A stretch of DNA of 64,000 bases, taken from positions 29,574,001 through 29,638,000 of the forward strand of contig OZ360239.1 of the NCBI GenBank assembly GCA_977017645.1, in the 5' to 3' direction. The position numbers were made by a program, and so were the translations under genes. Source of the stretch: Torpedo marmorata. Lineage: Eukaryota. This document shows, piece after piece, positions 39,016 through 51,700 of the stretch. The notes beneath the pieces were generated by a model. The model did not search any database. It was given only the letters and a program-made list of their open reading frames with translations, and was not told the DNA's origin. How positions within the stretch are numbered: the stretch's first letter is position 1; each line of letters begins with the position of its first letter.

Positions 39016-42000
39016 AGACCAGACAATATACCTGTCCAGGTACTGAAGGACCATGCTGACCAACTGAAGGAGGTCCTTACAGTGATCTTCAACAGATCAT
39101 CGTAACAGTCCATCATCCCCGCGGGTTTCAAGGCAGCAAACATCATCTCGGTAGCAAAGAGGGTGACAGTAACAGGGCTCAATGACTTCCACCCAGTGGC
39201 ACTGATCTCCACCATTATGAAATGCTTCGAGCCTCTGTTAATGGAACGTATCAAAGCAGAACTCCCAGAAACATTGTACCCATTTCAATTCACCTACAGA
39301 TGGAACAGTTCCACTGACAATGCTCTAGCCTTGTCCCTCCACTCCGATCTGACCCACCTGGAGAACGATGCCTCATACTCTAGGTTGCTGTTCATTGATT
39401 TCAGCTCGGCGTTTAATACAATCATACCCCAGAGGCTGGTGGAGAAGCTGCCCTCGCTGGGACTGAACATCCCTCTCTTTAACTGGATTCTGAACTTCCT
39501 AATGGAAAGACCAGTCTGTCTGGGTCAGTAGCAGAACGTTGAGCACCATCACACTGAGCATTGGCGCACCTCAGGGCTGTGTGCTCAGTCCGCTCCTGTT
39601 CATGCTACTGACCCACGACTGCAATGCCAGATCCAGCTCCAACAGTGTCATCAAGTTTGCAGATGACACAACAGTAGTTGGTCTCATCAGCAACAACGAT
39701 GAGTCACACGGCAGAGAAGAGGTGGAAAATCTCGTGAAATGGTGCAAGAAAAACAACCTGAGTCTCAATGTTGACAAGACAAAGGAGATGATTGTGAACT
39801 TCAGGAGGACAGGGATGACCACCCTCCATTACACATTAATAGCTTGGTAGTGGAGAAAGTTGAGAGCACCAAATTCCTCAGAGTCCACATAAGAAGTGAT
39901 CTATCCTGGACACACAAAATCTCCTCACTTGTCAGGAAGGCACAACAGCACTTCCTTAGAAGGCTGAGGCAGACAAGGCTACCGGTGACCATTCAGTCAA
40001 CTTTCTACAGGAGCTCTATCGGGAGCATCCTACCGACTGCATCACAGTGTGGTTTGGTTGATGTGGAGCATTGGATCGAAAGTCAATCCACAGGACCATA
40101 AAAGCAGTAGTGAGGATCACTTGGATCTCCCTCCTCCCATCAAGGGGATTTACCAGGATTGTTTTTTATCAAGAGAGCTTGCAAAATCAGGGAGGAACCC
40201 TACCACCCAGCACACAGCGTCTTCCAGCTACTCCAGTTGGGAAAAAAATACAGAAGTATTGGAGCCAGAACCACCAGGCTGAGGAACAGCTTCTTCCCAT
40301 GGCAGTGAGACAGCTGAATGACTGCTAAAAACAACTCTCCTTGACTCTACTATTTATTAACAATATTTATTTTAATATATGTTCATGTATATGTATAATT
40401 TGTCTGTATCTGTGTTTTGTCTGCATGCATGTTTTGCACTGTTCTGCACCGTGGACCGGAGAACACAGTTTCATTAGGTTGTACTGGTACAATCGGATGG
40501 CAAATAAACTTTTTTTTTTTTTTTAAATATTTTATTTAAATTTTTAAATCACACATTACATAAAATAATTTTGCATATAATTCTTAAAAAAAAACATGTG
40601 ATTACATTTTCTCCCCCCCCCTTCCCACCCACCCCTCCCTAACCCCTATATCCCCCTAATGTAAATTTAAAATAAAATAAAATAATGAAAGAAAAAAGAA
40701 AAGAAAAGATAGAAAAATAGAGTGAGGAGTCAATAAGCTTAAAAACTAATATATCTTAGAGGTTATTTCGCCGGCGGATCTGATATCCAGAGAATTTACA
40801 ATGTTAAACCCATAATCCTCATATATGGGCCCCAAATTTTCAAGAAAAAATGATATTTATTTCATAAGTTATAAGTAATTTTTTCTAATGGTATACATGA
40901 CCGTAACTCTGCATGCCATCGCTCTAGATTTAAATCAACATCCGATTTCCAAGTAATAGCTATACATTTTTTCGAAACTGCTAATACTATACGTAAAAAT
41001 TCTACTTGATACATATTTAATCTATGTCTAATACTAAATTTTTTAATATCTCCAAATAAAAATAACATAGGATCCATTGCAACTTCAACACTAAAAATTC
41101 TTTCTAAAAACTTCTTAACTTTCAACCAAAAATCTTGAATTTTTGGACATGACCATGTACAGTGTACAAAAGATCCTATTTCAGTTTTACATCTAAAACA
41201 CATATCTGATAACGCTGGATTAAATTTCTTCAATTTTTTAGGTGTCAAATACAATTGATGAAAAAAATTATATTGTACTAATCTATATCTCACATTAATG
41301 ACTTTTGTCATACTTAATTTACATAAATCTTTCCAATGATTTTCATCTATATTAACATTCAAATCTAATTCCCATTTCAATCTAGACTTATGCACTCCTA
41401 CTTTAGACATCTTTCTTTGAAACAACTTATACATTTGTGATATAAATTTATTAACATTGACTTTAGTAATTAATAATTCCAATTCATTTTGTCTTGGTAC
41501 TGTTAATTCATTCCCTAATCTCTCAATCAAAAAAGCTTTAACTTGAAAATAAACTAACATTGTATTATCTAATATATTAAATTTTTCTTTTAACCTCTGG
41601 AAAGTAATAAATCTACCTGCTTCAAAACAATCTTTTAAAGTCTTAATTCCCTTTAAAAACCATAACTTAAGTAACTGATTATCCATAGAAAATGGTAAAA
41701 GCGGATTCTGATATATTGGTGTATTTAAAGAAATTAATCCTTTTTGACCTATCTCTTTGTCTACTTGTGACCAAATTTCCAACAGATGTTTAATAATTGG
41801 TGTATTTTTCTTTTTAAGTAATAATAATTTAGAATTCCATTTATAAATAATATCTTCTTTATGTGTTTCCCCCATATTATTCAATTCTATATTAATCCAA
41901 GCAGAAGATTTATTTAAATCAAAGAATTCATTAATAAATTTTAATTGAGCCACTTTATAATAATACTGAAAATTGGGAAGTTGTAACCCTCCCATCTCAT

Positions 42001-42673
42001 AATTCCATGTTAATTTATCTATACTTACTCTTGCCAACTTTCCTTTCCATAAAAATTTCCTAATAATAAATTTTAAATCTTTAAAAAATTTATTTGGAAT
42101 ACCATAAGGAATCGATTGAAAAAGATATTGAATTCTTGGAAAAACATTCATTTTAATACAATTTACTCTTCCCATCAAAGTTATAGGTAAATCTTTCCAA
42201 AGCTCTAAATCTTTTTTTATTTTCATAAATAGAGGAATATAATTTAATTTATACAAATTCTCTAATTTTGTATCAATTTTAACTCCCAAATATTTAATAC
42301 TCTCTATAGTCCATTTAAAGTCCGTAACTTCTTTACATCTAGTATAATCCCCTTGAGATAAAGCCAAAATCTCACTTTTATCTGAATTAATTTTATATCC
42401 TGAGATCTCACCATATTCTGTCAATATAGTGGCCAATTGTTGAAGTGATGTAACAGATTTCGTCATATATATTAATACATCATCTGCAAATAGACTAATC
42501 TTATGTTCTTCCCTACCCACTTTTATTCCCATTATATTTATATCTTCTCTAATCATTTCTGCTAAAGGTTCTATTACCAAGACAAACAAAGCAGGTGACA
42601 AAGGACATCCCTGTCGTGTTGATCTTGATAACAAAAATTTTTGCGATATTTGTGATGGCAAATAAACTTGAAC
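39016..42673 (+). mobile_element. Rex1/Babar 5'-truncated copy nested in an opposite-strand Rex1; tail split by an L1
   Basis: PVALISTIMKCFE, DFSSAFNTI, GAPQGCVLSP and KFADDTTVVG; the (aacttg)n tail resumes at 42670. Confidence 0.9.
40512..42653 (-). mobile_element. L1 family A, 5'-truncated, inserted in the Rex1 tail
   Basis: 599-aa ORF2 fragment; poly(T) at 40510-40524; TSD gatggcaaataaactt at 40496-40511 and 42654-42669. Confidence 0.93.
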
Positions 42674-43287
42674 TTACTGACCACATCATGCAGCTCTACA
42701 AGTGCCTGTTTGTAATTGGCATTGGGAGGGATATAAACTCCGGTGAGAATCACTGATGAGAACTCTCGGTGTAGGTAGAAGGGTCTGCATTTAATCAACA
42801 TTTGCTCTAAGGCAGTGGAGCAGGAAGTCGACAGAATCAGAAATTATTGTCATGAGCAAGTCACAAAATTCGTTGTTTTGCAGCAGCATCACAGTGCACA
42901 GTAGGTGCTTTGAATCCTGTGGTGACAATGGACTGCTGGAGTGAGATGTTGAAGATGTCAGACCTCAGTCAGATCTTCCCTCTACAGTTTCCAACATCAG
43001 TGTGTCAACAGACACAACTTCTAATATTTCCCCCAAAAAGTAAAAGTCTACTTTTACTGGTGGCACTTACATCTACTAAAGTGCTTTGAGAGGTTGTTTT
43101 TGCAGCAAGTCTACTCCTGTCTCAGTAAGAACCTGGACCCACTTCAATTCACCTATCGTCATAACAGGTCAATGGCAGATGCTATCTCACTGGCCCTCCG
43201 CTCTGTATTAGATCACCCGAACAACAAGACAACCTATATCAGGCTGTTGTTCTTTGACAAAAGCTCAGCGTTCAACACCATCATATC

Positions 43288-43452
43288 TGTCGTGTCCACA
43301 TTTACTTAGACACTTCTTTGTTGAGCAGTTAGCATACTTTATTCTCAAACAAATTGGTGCACACACAAAACTGAACCGCGCCCTTACCACGTCGCTTACG
43401 TAATCCCGTCACCCGCGTAACTTGCGTGATTACGTAACGCGTTCCCACAACA
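43288..43452 (-). repeat. 3' LTR
   Basis: Matches 47585-47749 with 9 substitutions in 165 bp (counted by eye); tgt...aca ends. Confidence 0.95.
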
Positions 43453-43466
43453 TTTTTCCCCCCCTC
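43453..43466 (-). promoter_or_regulatory. Polypurine tract
   Basis: gagggggggaaaaa on minus immediately before the 3' LTR. Confidence 0.85.
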
Positions 43467-43603
43467 AAAATACTAGTACATAGATAATAAGTTTAACTAA
43501 GTTAACTTAACTAAATTTCGTGTTAAAGTATATATATATTTGTGATTCTACCGAAACTATTATTATTACTAATTATCTTTCACCCGCTTCTTATGTCTTT
43601 AAG

Positions 43604-46600
43604 TCACTGCACATAATCCTTAAGATGTGCTGGGGGGTGTCTTTCTCTCTGAGATCTCCTTGGGAGTGGAGAACATCGAACAGGGGTACGAGTTTCCGAC
43701 CTTTCCGGAGTAGCTAAATTCTCCTCGTTCCTTGGCACAATGGTTTGCCTCTCGGATGCTCGGCTCGCCTCTTGCCCTGGCGCAGCCTTCTCTGCTGGTA
43801 TTTCTGTAACTGATACCGGGGCTTTCCAAGGGGCCACAAAATCTGGCTGTGTTCAAACCGGAATGTCTAAGAGCCCTTCTGGGGCCGAATTGAAACTGTA
43901 GTCTTCGATTGCTCTTAGCTGGTCTATGTGTCTTTTCCATATGTTGACTCCGACCAGTACAGAATATGAACATGGGCTTAGTTTTTTTTCGAGCACGCCT
44001 CTTACCCAAGTCTCTTTGTTTTGTCTGTAGTCTCTTACAAGTACTGGTTCCCCAATCTCCAGAGATCTGGTTGATTTGTTTGGTGATGTTGATTGTTGGA
44101 TGCGGACTCCGATATTTGGGTGTTCTGCAGTAAGTCGTGTTCTTAAGTTGCGTCCAAACATCAGTTCCACTGGCGTGCGTTTTGTGGCGGAGTGCGGCGT
44201 TGTTCTATATGACAGCAGAAAATCTGCAATGTTATGGTTTCAGGATGCTCCATTTGACTTTCTGGCCTTCATTGCCCTTTTAAAAGTCTGTACAAAACGC
44301 TCGGCTTCCCCATTGGTACTCGGGTGGTATGGTGCCGATAATATGTGTTTCACATTGTTGTTTCTTAGAAATCACTTGAAAGCAAATTGAGGCCCATTGT
44401 CCGAGACCAGCTGTATCGGCAACCCATATTCTGCGAACACACTGCGTAATTTATCGATGGTCTTTTCTGTTGTTGTTGATCGCATCAACCACACAATAGG
44501 CCATTTGGGGTGTGCATCCTCAATAATTAGGAAGGTTTCTCCCATGAATGGCCCAGCGAAATCGATGTGAATCCTATGCCATGGTTGTGACAGCCATTTC
44601 CATGGATTTGCTTCTGCTTGAGGTGCCTTTGGTTGCATTTCTTGACAGATGTGGCTCCTCCATACCAGCTGTTCAATATCCCTATCAATTTCTGGCCACC
44701 AGACGTGCATACGTGCCAGCGCCTTCATCCGTACCATTCCGGGATGATTGGTGTGGAGCTCCTGTAACAAAGCCTCCTGCCATTTTTTTGGAATGATCGT
44801 TCTTGTCCCCCACAACAGGCAACCCTCTTCAATGGATATTTCATTTCGCCTTGTGTAAAACGGCCTTAGTTCGGGGGTGATAATCTCAGCACCTGGCCAC
44901 CCATTCAAGGTGAGGTACATAACTTTTGACAATGTAGCCTCCTTTCTTACTTCTTGGCTGATGGCCTTAGATGTGATTGGTAATTGACGCAGCTGTTCTT
45001 GGTTGATGGCCGTGGCTTCTGCCGTCCAATTGATATTCAACTCTGTTCTGTCGTAGGCAGGGGTAAGAGTGATAATGCGTCCGCATGCCCGTTCTTGTCC
45101 GCAGAGCAATGTTTTATATCATAATCATACGCCGCAAGTTCCATCGCCCACTTTTGGATTCTTGACGCCGCTAATACTGGGATACCTTTCTTTAGTCCTA
45201 AAATTAAACTCAGTGGTTTGTTATCCGTCACCAAAGTGAACTTTTTACTGTACAAGTATTAGTGAAATAGTTTAAAACCAAATATAATGGCCAGTCCTTC
45301 CTTTTCTATTTATGCATAATTTCTTTCGCAGGCCGTTAAGGAGCGGGACGCATATGCCACTGGCTGTTCCCCTTTTTCTGTGGTTTGTGATAACACTGCC
45401 CCCAGACCAACTGGTGAAGCATCGACAGCTAAAGTCACTTCTTTATCTGGTTCATAGTGGATAAGAACATTATCACTTGAGGTCAACAGTTCCTTCAACT
45501 GATTGAAAACGTTGTCCGTTTCATCATTCCAGCACCATTTATGATTTTTAAAAAATAATTGGTTTAGCGGGCTGCAAAGGGTAGACATATTAGGAATGTG
45601 ATTCCGATAATGATTAACCAACCCCAAGAATGATTGCAACTCCGCTCGGTTTGATGGGCAGGGAGATCTGCGAATGGCTTCAGTGCCCACTGTATCCATT
45701 CTGACCCCTTCGTGGTCAATCGTGAACCCAAAATATGTTACTGAGGGCGCCATAAAGACACACTTGTCTTGACGCAGTCGAACTTTAGCATGTTCTAACC
45801 TGGCTCGGACCTTTTCCAGGGTAGTTAGGTGTTCTGCGTCGTCCTGACCCGTTATGATAATGACGTCTAAGTAGCATCCAACATTTATTCCTTGTAATAA
45901 CTTATCCATCACTGACTTAAATATCCCTGGTGCTGATGATATCCCATATGGCATTCTGGTATACGTAAACAATCCTAGGTGGGTGTTGATAGCCACATAT
46001 TTTTTTGATTCCGGATCCAGTTCAACTTGGTACGCTTGCGTTAAGTCTAATTTAGTGAACTTTTTTCCCCCATTCAGGGCTTGAAATAGTTCTTCCGCTC
46101 TCGGAATTAGATGTCCAGGCACTTGTAGGGCTTGGTTTATTGTGACCTTGTAATCGCCACAAATTCTTATTTCGCCGCTGGGTTTTCTGACCGGTACGAT
46201 AGAAGTTTCTCGATTATTCCTTCCGCTTCTAGTCTATTCAGTTCGGTCTCAATTCCCCTCTTTATAGTTTTATAACTTAGCTTTTGCTTCAGGTTTTACT
46301 TGTAATTTGACTTGGACTCCCTGAATTTTTCCCAGGTTTTTTCCAAACATGGATTGGTATTTCAGAACCACTTGTAACTTTGATTTCTTGTCATCCACTG
46401 TTTGTAACTTCTTCACGGCCCCAACTTCCTTCCAATCTAGTGGAATGTGTGCCAACCAATCTCTTCCCAACAATGCAGGTCCTTTCGTCCCTACAATATA
46501 GAGAGATAGTCCTTTCTTAGTACTTCCTTTATATTCAATGTTTACTTTACATTTCCCTCGCACTTCGATTTTTTCTCCGGTAATTGTCTTTAAAACAATG

Positions 46601-47540
46601 TCGGACCGTTTTATGTCAAGCTTTGGCAGTAGTTTTTCTTTCAGATTTTTTGACATTAAGGATACAGCAGCCCCTGTGTCGAGTTCCTTTGCACTTAAGA
46701 ATCTTTCATTATTGATTTTCATTTGAACAAGAATTTCCGACTTGCGATTACTTAAGCTGAGAATATAATATACTGACACAGTTCCTTCTTCGGAATCACT
46801 TTGGTACTCTGGCTCACTTTCTTCATCTCTCCCAAGGGTTTTAACTTTGGAAGATCGTTTCTTATACCTCAATGGCAGGGTTTTCATCTTCCTGTGGTCC
46901 TCTTTCTCTTTCTTTTCGTTCCATCTTGGGCACCTTGCCTTGGTGTGCCCCACCTTATCACATAAGAAACATTTAGCATTTTTAAAAAAAACAGTAATTA
47001 GGGCTGTGGTTGTTCTTTCCACACCGGAAATATTCTCGTCAGTCCATTTTCTTGATCACGTGCTCCCCCTGTATAATCTCGGTATTATGTTGGGCCATTT
47101 TGAAACCTAATGCTAATGTCATAGGCAGACTTGATGTCTAATTCCTTTGCACTTAACAATCTTTGTTGGGCCTGACCATTCGCTAACCCGATCACAAATA
47201 TGTCTCTCAACGCTTCGTCCAAAAAGGTACCAAAATTACAAGTTTCGGATAGCTTATGCAGTTCAGCTAGATATTGGCTAACTGCTTCCCCAGAATTTTG
47301 CTTTCTGGTATAAAATGTAAATCTTTCGGCGATTACTGACGGTTTTGATGACAGAAGTTCTCCAACCAGGTCACACAATTCTTTATAAGACTTGGATTTT
47401 GGTTTTTGTGGTGCCACTAAAGTCTTGATCAGACTATATGTTCTGCTTCCCACTTCACTTAAAAACAGTGCCAGTTTTTTCTTACGGATCTCAGTATCAC
47501 TCACATCAAGGGCCTCGCAGCACATATCAAATCTATCCAC
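43604..47540 (-). pseudogene. Disrupted gag-pol
   Basis: gag (IAERFTFY, LRDIFVIG, two zinc knuckles), protease ELDTGAAVS, RT (LDLTQAY, YLDV), RNase H (AVDASPVGLG), integrase (HPG...C, RIHIDFAGP, SDNGPQF); multiple stops and frameshifts. Confidence 0.92.
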
Positions 47541-47568
47541 ATAATCAAGCCAGTCTTCGGATTTTTTT

Positions 47569-47581
47569 ATCCTCGTCGCCA
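47569..47581 (-). promoter_or_regulatory. Primer-binding site, complementary to the tRNA-Ser(GCU) 3' end
   Basis: TGGCGACGAGGAT, 3 nt downstream of the 5' LTR. Confidence 0.8.
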
Positions 47582-47584
47582 GTC

Positions 47585-47749
47585 TGTCGTGTCCACATTA
47601 ATTTAGACAGTTCTTTGTTGAGCAGTTAGCATACTTTATTCTCAAACAAAATGGTGCACACACAAAACTGAACCACGCCCTTACCGCGTCGCTTACGTAA
47701 TCCCATCACCGGCGTAACTTGCGTGATGACGTAACGCGTTCCCACAACA
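47585..47749 (-). repeat. 5' LTR
   Basis: Direct repeat of 43288-43452; adjacent to the PBS. Confidence 0.95.
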
Positions 47750-47794
47750 ATATCAGCAAAACGTATATCCAAACTAAGGGATCTGGGAGGCAAA

Positions 47795-48230
47795 TAAGAA
47801 AGACCGCAGATGCTGGAAAACTGGAGCAACATACAAATGTCAGAATGGCATGTCAGCCAGGATCTCCCGGTGGCTAGATATTTTAATTCCACTTCCCATT
47901 CCCTACTTTGCTGCCAAGTTGAGGCCACATGCAAATTAGAAGAACAACACCTTAATTCTCCTACTGGACAGCATCAATATTAACCTCCAATTTCCAATAA
48001 CCTTGCTTTCTCTGCCCCCCCCCCCAAACACCCTTGCTTTCCCTGATCCCTTGAGTTCCTTTCCTCCTTCTCTTTCCCCTCCCTGCACTCTCTATCTGTC
48101 CGTCACTCACACCTTCCTTCAGCTCCCCATCACCTTCCCTTCTTTCCATCATTTACTGTCCTCTCCTATCAGAGTGTGTCTTCCTTAGTTCTCAGCTTCT
48201 TCCTCCTATCACCTCCTAGCTTCTTGCATT
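47795..48230 (+). mobile_element. Degraded Penelope-like fragment
   Basis: KLEEQHLN-like coding (aaattagaagaacaacacctt) followed by a pyrimidine tract; pLTR relic gcagatgctgg. Confidence 0.6.
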
Positions 48231-48234
48231 ATTC

Positions 48235-48795
48235 CCATATCTTAACCCGCCCATGCTATTTCTTTCTTTACGATAGCCTCAAGCATTTCTCTGACTACAG
48301 ACATTATGCTACCTGGCCTTTTGCCTACATCCTTTTTAAACAGTGGTGTGATATTTACTGTTTTCCAATCAACTGGGACCTATCCAGAGTCAAGAAAATT
48401 TTGATAAAATATTACTATAGCATCTACTATAATGTCCACCATTTCTTTCAGTACTCTGGGATGTAGTCCATCAAGACCAGCGGACTTATCTACCTGTAGG
48501 CCCACTAGTTTGCTCGGCACTACCTCTTTAGTGATAGTATCATGGTTCTCACCTCCCATCGCATCCATAACATCTATTTGGCATGTTAGATGTATCGACC
48601 ACCGTGAAAACTGACACAAAATAGTCGTTCAAGACCTTCTCCATTTCCATATTCCCCCTTCATATCTTCCAAGGATTCTATGTTCACTTTAGCCATTCTT
48701 TTCCAGCTTTATATAATTATAAAAAAATTGACCTTTTTATATTTTGTACCAGTTTACTTTCCTAATCTATCTTCCCTTTCTTTCTTGCTTGCTGA
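48235..48795 (-). mobile_element. CR1 LINE RT fragment
   Basis: LQVDKSAGLDGLHPRVLKE (ORF 48380..48619). Confidence 0.8.
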
Positions 48796-51700
48796 CACAA
48801 AGACTAGAAGATTACATTCATTTTTTGCATTGATTTGAAATCCACTATTTGTAATGTATAATTTGTGGTCAATGGTTTCTTTGCGTATAGTATGCACCAT
48901 TGGATATACTGTCATTGTTCACAAAAATATACTCCATAAACATAAACCCAGGAAACAACAGATAGCAAATTACTGAAATGCAAAGTTCAGACTATATGTC
49001 AAAAGTTTTAGTAAATCTTTAAATGTTTGTAAATGATGCCACAAAAGCATGGTTTAAAACACATCAATGCTCCCAATGTGAAGATACCTTGGTTTTAATA
49101 TTTACCAACCCAGTGGTGCATAAGGTGAATAGGCATGCAAGTATTAATCCAACGTATTGGAACAATCAAATAATTTCAACTGTGTATGTTAATTTAGCTC
49201 CCTCATATGGTTGAGCTCAGTATCTTCCTTCAGGAAGCTTTTGGTGATGAAAGGAGCATTCATGAACAAATGGACTCATTCTAACCTAAGCAAGCTTTAA
49301 CAAAAAACAGAGACATAGACAAAAATTGTGAATTAAGTGATCAATTTCTAATTAAAAGCTTATTGACATGAACATGGTGCTTCGCTGCTGTCCATGAAGC
49401 ACATCATAAAGATCTTTTCTGATCCTTTTCTGACATCCACGACACACACTCAGTAGTCATGACATAATTAGTCATGATATAATTAGTTAAACATATTAAG
49501 GAATAGTCACAGGCAATAAAGTAGGGTGGAAAAGTGTTTAACAATCTTTTTATGTATTTGACAGATTACTAAATAAAGATGGAAGATACACAAGATTAAG
49601 GTAGTTGAAATTTTAACACTAAAGGTGAAAAAAATAAAAATTATTATTTTTGAAATATTTATGAGAGGGAAATGCAGTTGACATAATTAATCTTTTTGGG
49701 CCAAGGAATGTCCTGAGTTAGAATTAGGGTTTAGTTTGTCATTAAAAACAGCTAGATTCTCTACAACTTTTTCAGGATTTTATTCCACATAGCTAGATTG
49801 TATTCTTGTCAAATCAACTGATTTTGTTCAGTCCCAGTGCAGGTTCACAAAATGTGTGGACTGCAGGGGGGCAGCAACTTTCAGATTTCCACATGAATCT
49901 TTGAATATTTCTTTTTTTAAAAATTAAAATTCTGTCCATTCAGCCCATTAATTCTATGTCAGCTCTCCGTACAGCCCCATTTGTTCCGCTCCCCCTCTTA
50001 CCTCCCTGTCCCCTCTCACAACTCCCCTGCTTCTCCTGCATGCAGCATATAGCAGTACCATATAGATCAACAAGTCTGAATTTATCTTGAAATAGTTGTT
50101 TTTGCAGATATTTCAGCTATTGGTGTGCTGATAAAACATCCAAAATGATAAATGGTAAATATGTTAGAGTTTGGAGAGAAGAGCAATTAGTATACTGAAT
50201 TATATAAAAAAGTAAGCTTTTACTTTACTAAAGGCATAGAAATAAATAAATGAGGCGTACGTTACTCGACCAATAATCAAAAAAGATGAAAATATACACC
50301 AATATAAATATTTTAGTAAACTGCCACACAAAAATACATGAATGTTTAATTTAGACGCTACCTATGTCATTATCTGTTACACATTCTTCCACTGATTCCC
50401 TTTTGGGAATTTCAAAATGCATGCATTTTTTTTTAAAAATCTCTTGATTTCAGCATTACTTTATATTCTGCTGAAAATACACACACTCCAATGTAGAGGA
50501 AAAGCTCTCATTCCTCATATACCACTGAGGAACATGTAAGAAGTACATTCTTTAAAATCTCTATAGGGTTACAGCATTATTTTTAAGTTTCTGCATTTCA
50601 CTTGGTATTCTGCCTTTTCAGAAATTAGCAAGTCTGTTTTGAGTTTTGCCACTGCAGAAGTCTTCATGTATATATATTTTTGCTTCCCAAAATAAGGAAC
50701 AACCATCTACAAAGCCATTGTCAAATTTAAGAGAAATACAGAAAATTGACTTTAGTAACTTTGCATCTTTATTAAATCTGACTTGAAATACAAAGCAGTT
50801 CAAAGTTAAAGATGAAAAGCCCCAGCCATGAAAATGACTACAGATCTAAACGTTGTTCATTTTGAATTGTCTAAATGATGCCGATTAATCTCAGCTTTAC
50901 ATATGCTTCAGATTTACGTCTACAATACTGATACATGATACCTATACGTATAAATACTTTCTTCTAAATCATATGTTGCAGCTTTTACCTTGATATTTTT
51001 GTGTATATTAAGGGTATGAAGGGTGATCTTAATAATTATGACCTACCATGAAAAGCCATTAATATTTATTCAAAATAATTACATAAATTGTTGCATCTCA
51101 TTCATGCAGACTCCATGCAAGTCTATTTGAACATTTCTAACAAATGAGTTCTACTTTATACTTAATTTAGAGTTTTGAGAATCATATTTATTCCATGATG
51201 TGATATTAAGTTTTGTACAGAAAATATGAAGTTTGATATCTTATGCATTGTGGGTCCCAAAGAGGAAAAATGGTTTGAAGAAAACAAATTTAATAGAGAA
51301 ACATTTTCATTATATGGAAGAATAGATAGTATTTCCAAATATGTCATAGCTCTTCATAACTCTAGCTGGTCTATGTTTAATTTCCTATAGTTGCAAAGAA
51401 TGATGTACATGCTCTGATGTACTTTATTTTGTGCAAATGTTTTGATGTGGATTGTGACAGTAATAAAATGTAATTGGTTGCAAGAAGGCTATTCCAAAAT
51501 AAAGGCAAACAGCAATAAAACTACATCCTGTCAATGCAATTATTCAGAAATCTCACAATTTCATTTTAAAATGCTACTGTATTATTTAATTCACAAGTCG
51601 CATAGCTTACTGAAAAATGTTTACATTCAAAATAGCTTTATATGCAGTGTGGCATGGCTAAAACAACTATGAGGGATGAAGATTACATTATATTCTAAAA

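Larger units (their letters stand above)
30291..42833 (-). mobile_element. Degraded Rex1/Babar LINE split by nested insertions (pieces 30291-30423, 36752-39015, 42674-42833)
   Basis: The 3' UTR is continuous across the TSD aagaaaggatacgtat; RT ORFs lie at 36964..38686; the EN peptide HDVVSKQETAHP is rejoined across the ttactga TSD (39009-39015 / 42674-42680). Confidence 0.88.
43288..47749 (-). mobile_element. Gypsy/Ty3 LTR retrotransposon, Mag lineage, two-LTR provirus
   Basis: 165-bp TG...CA LTRs, 5-bp TSD atatc (43283-43287, 47750-47754), PBS, PPT, and gag-PR-RT-RH-IN order. Confidence 0.95.
43040..47788 (+). mobile_element. Old Rex1/Babar RT fragment interrupted by the Gypsy provirus (43040-43287 + 47750-47788)
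   Basis: LDPLQFTYRHNRS...SSAFNTII before the LTR continues as ISKLRDLG after it. Confidence 0.75.

Noticed and set aside
49855-49880. CTCF site at the TE-rich/TE-poor boundary (ctgcaggggggcagca)
   Set aside because: Only the 3' half fits; the G-run spacing does not match the CCASYAGRKGGC core.
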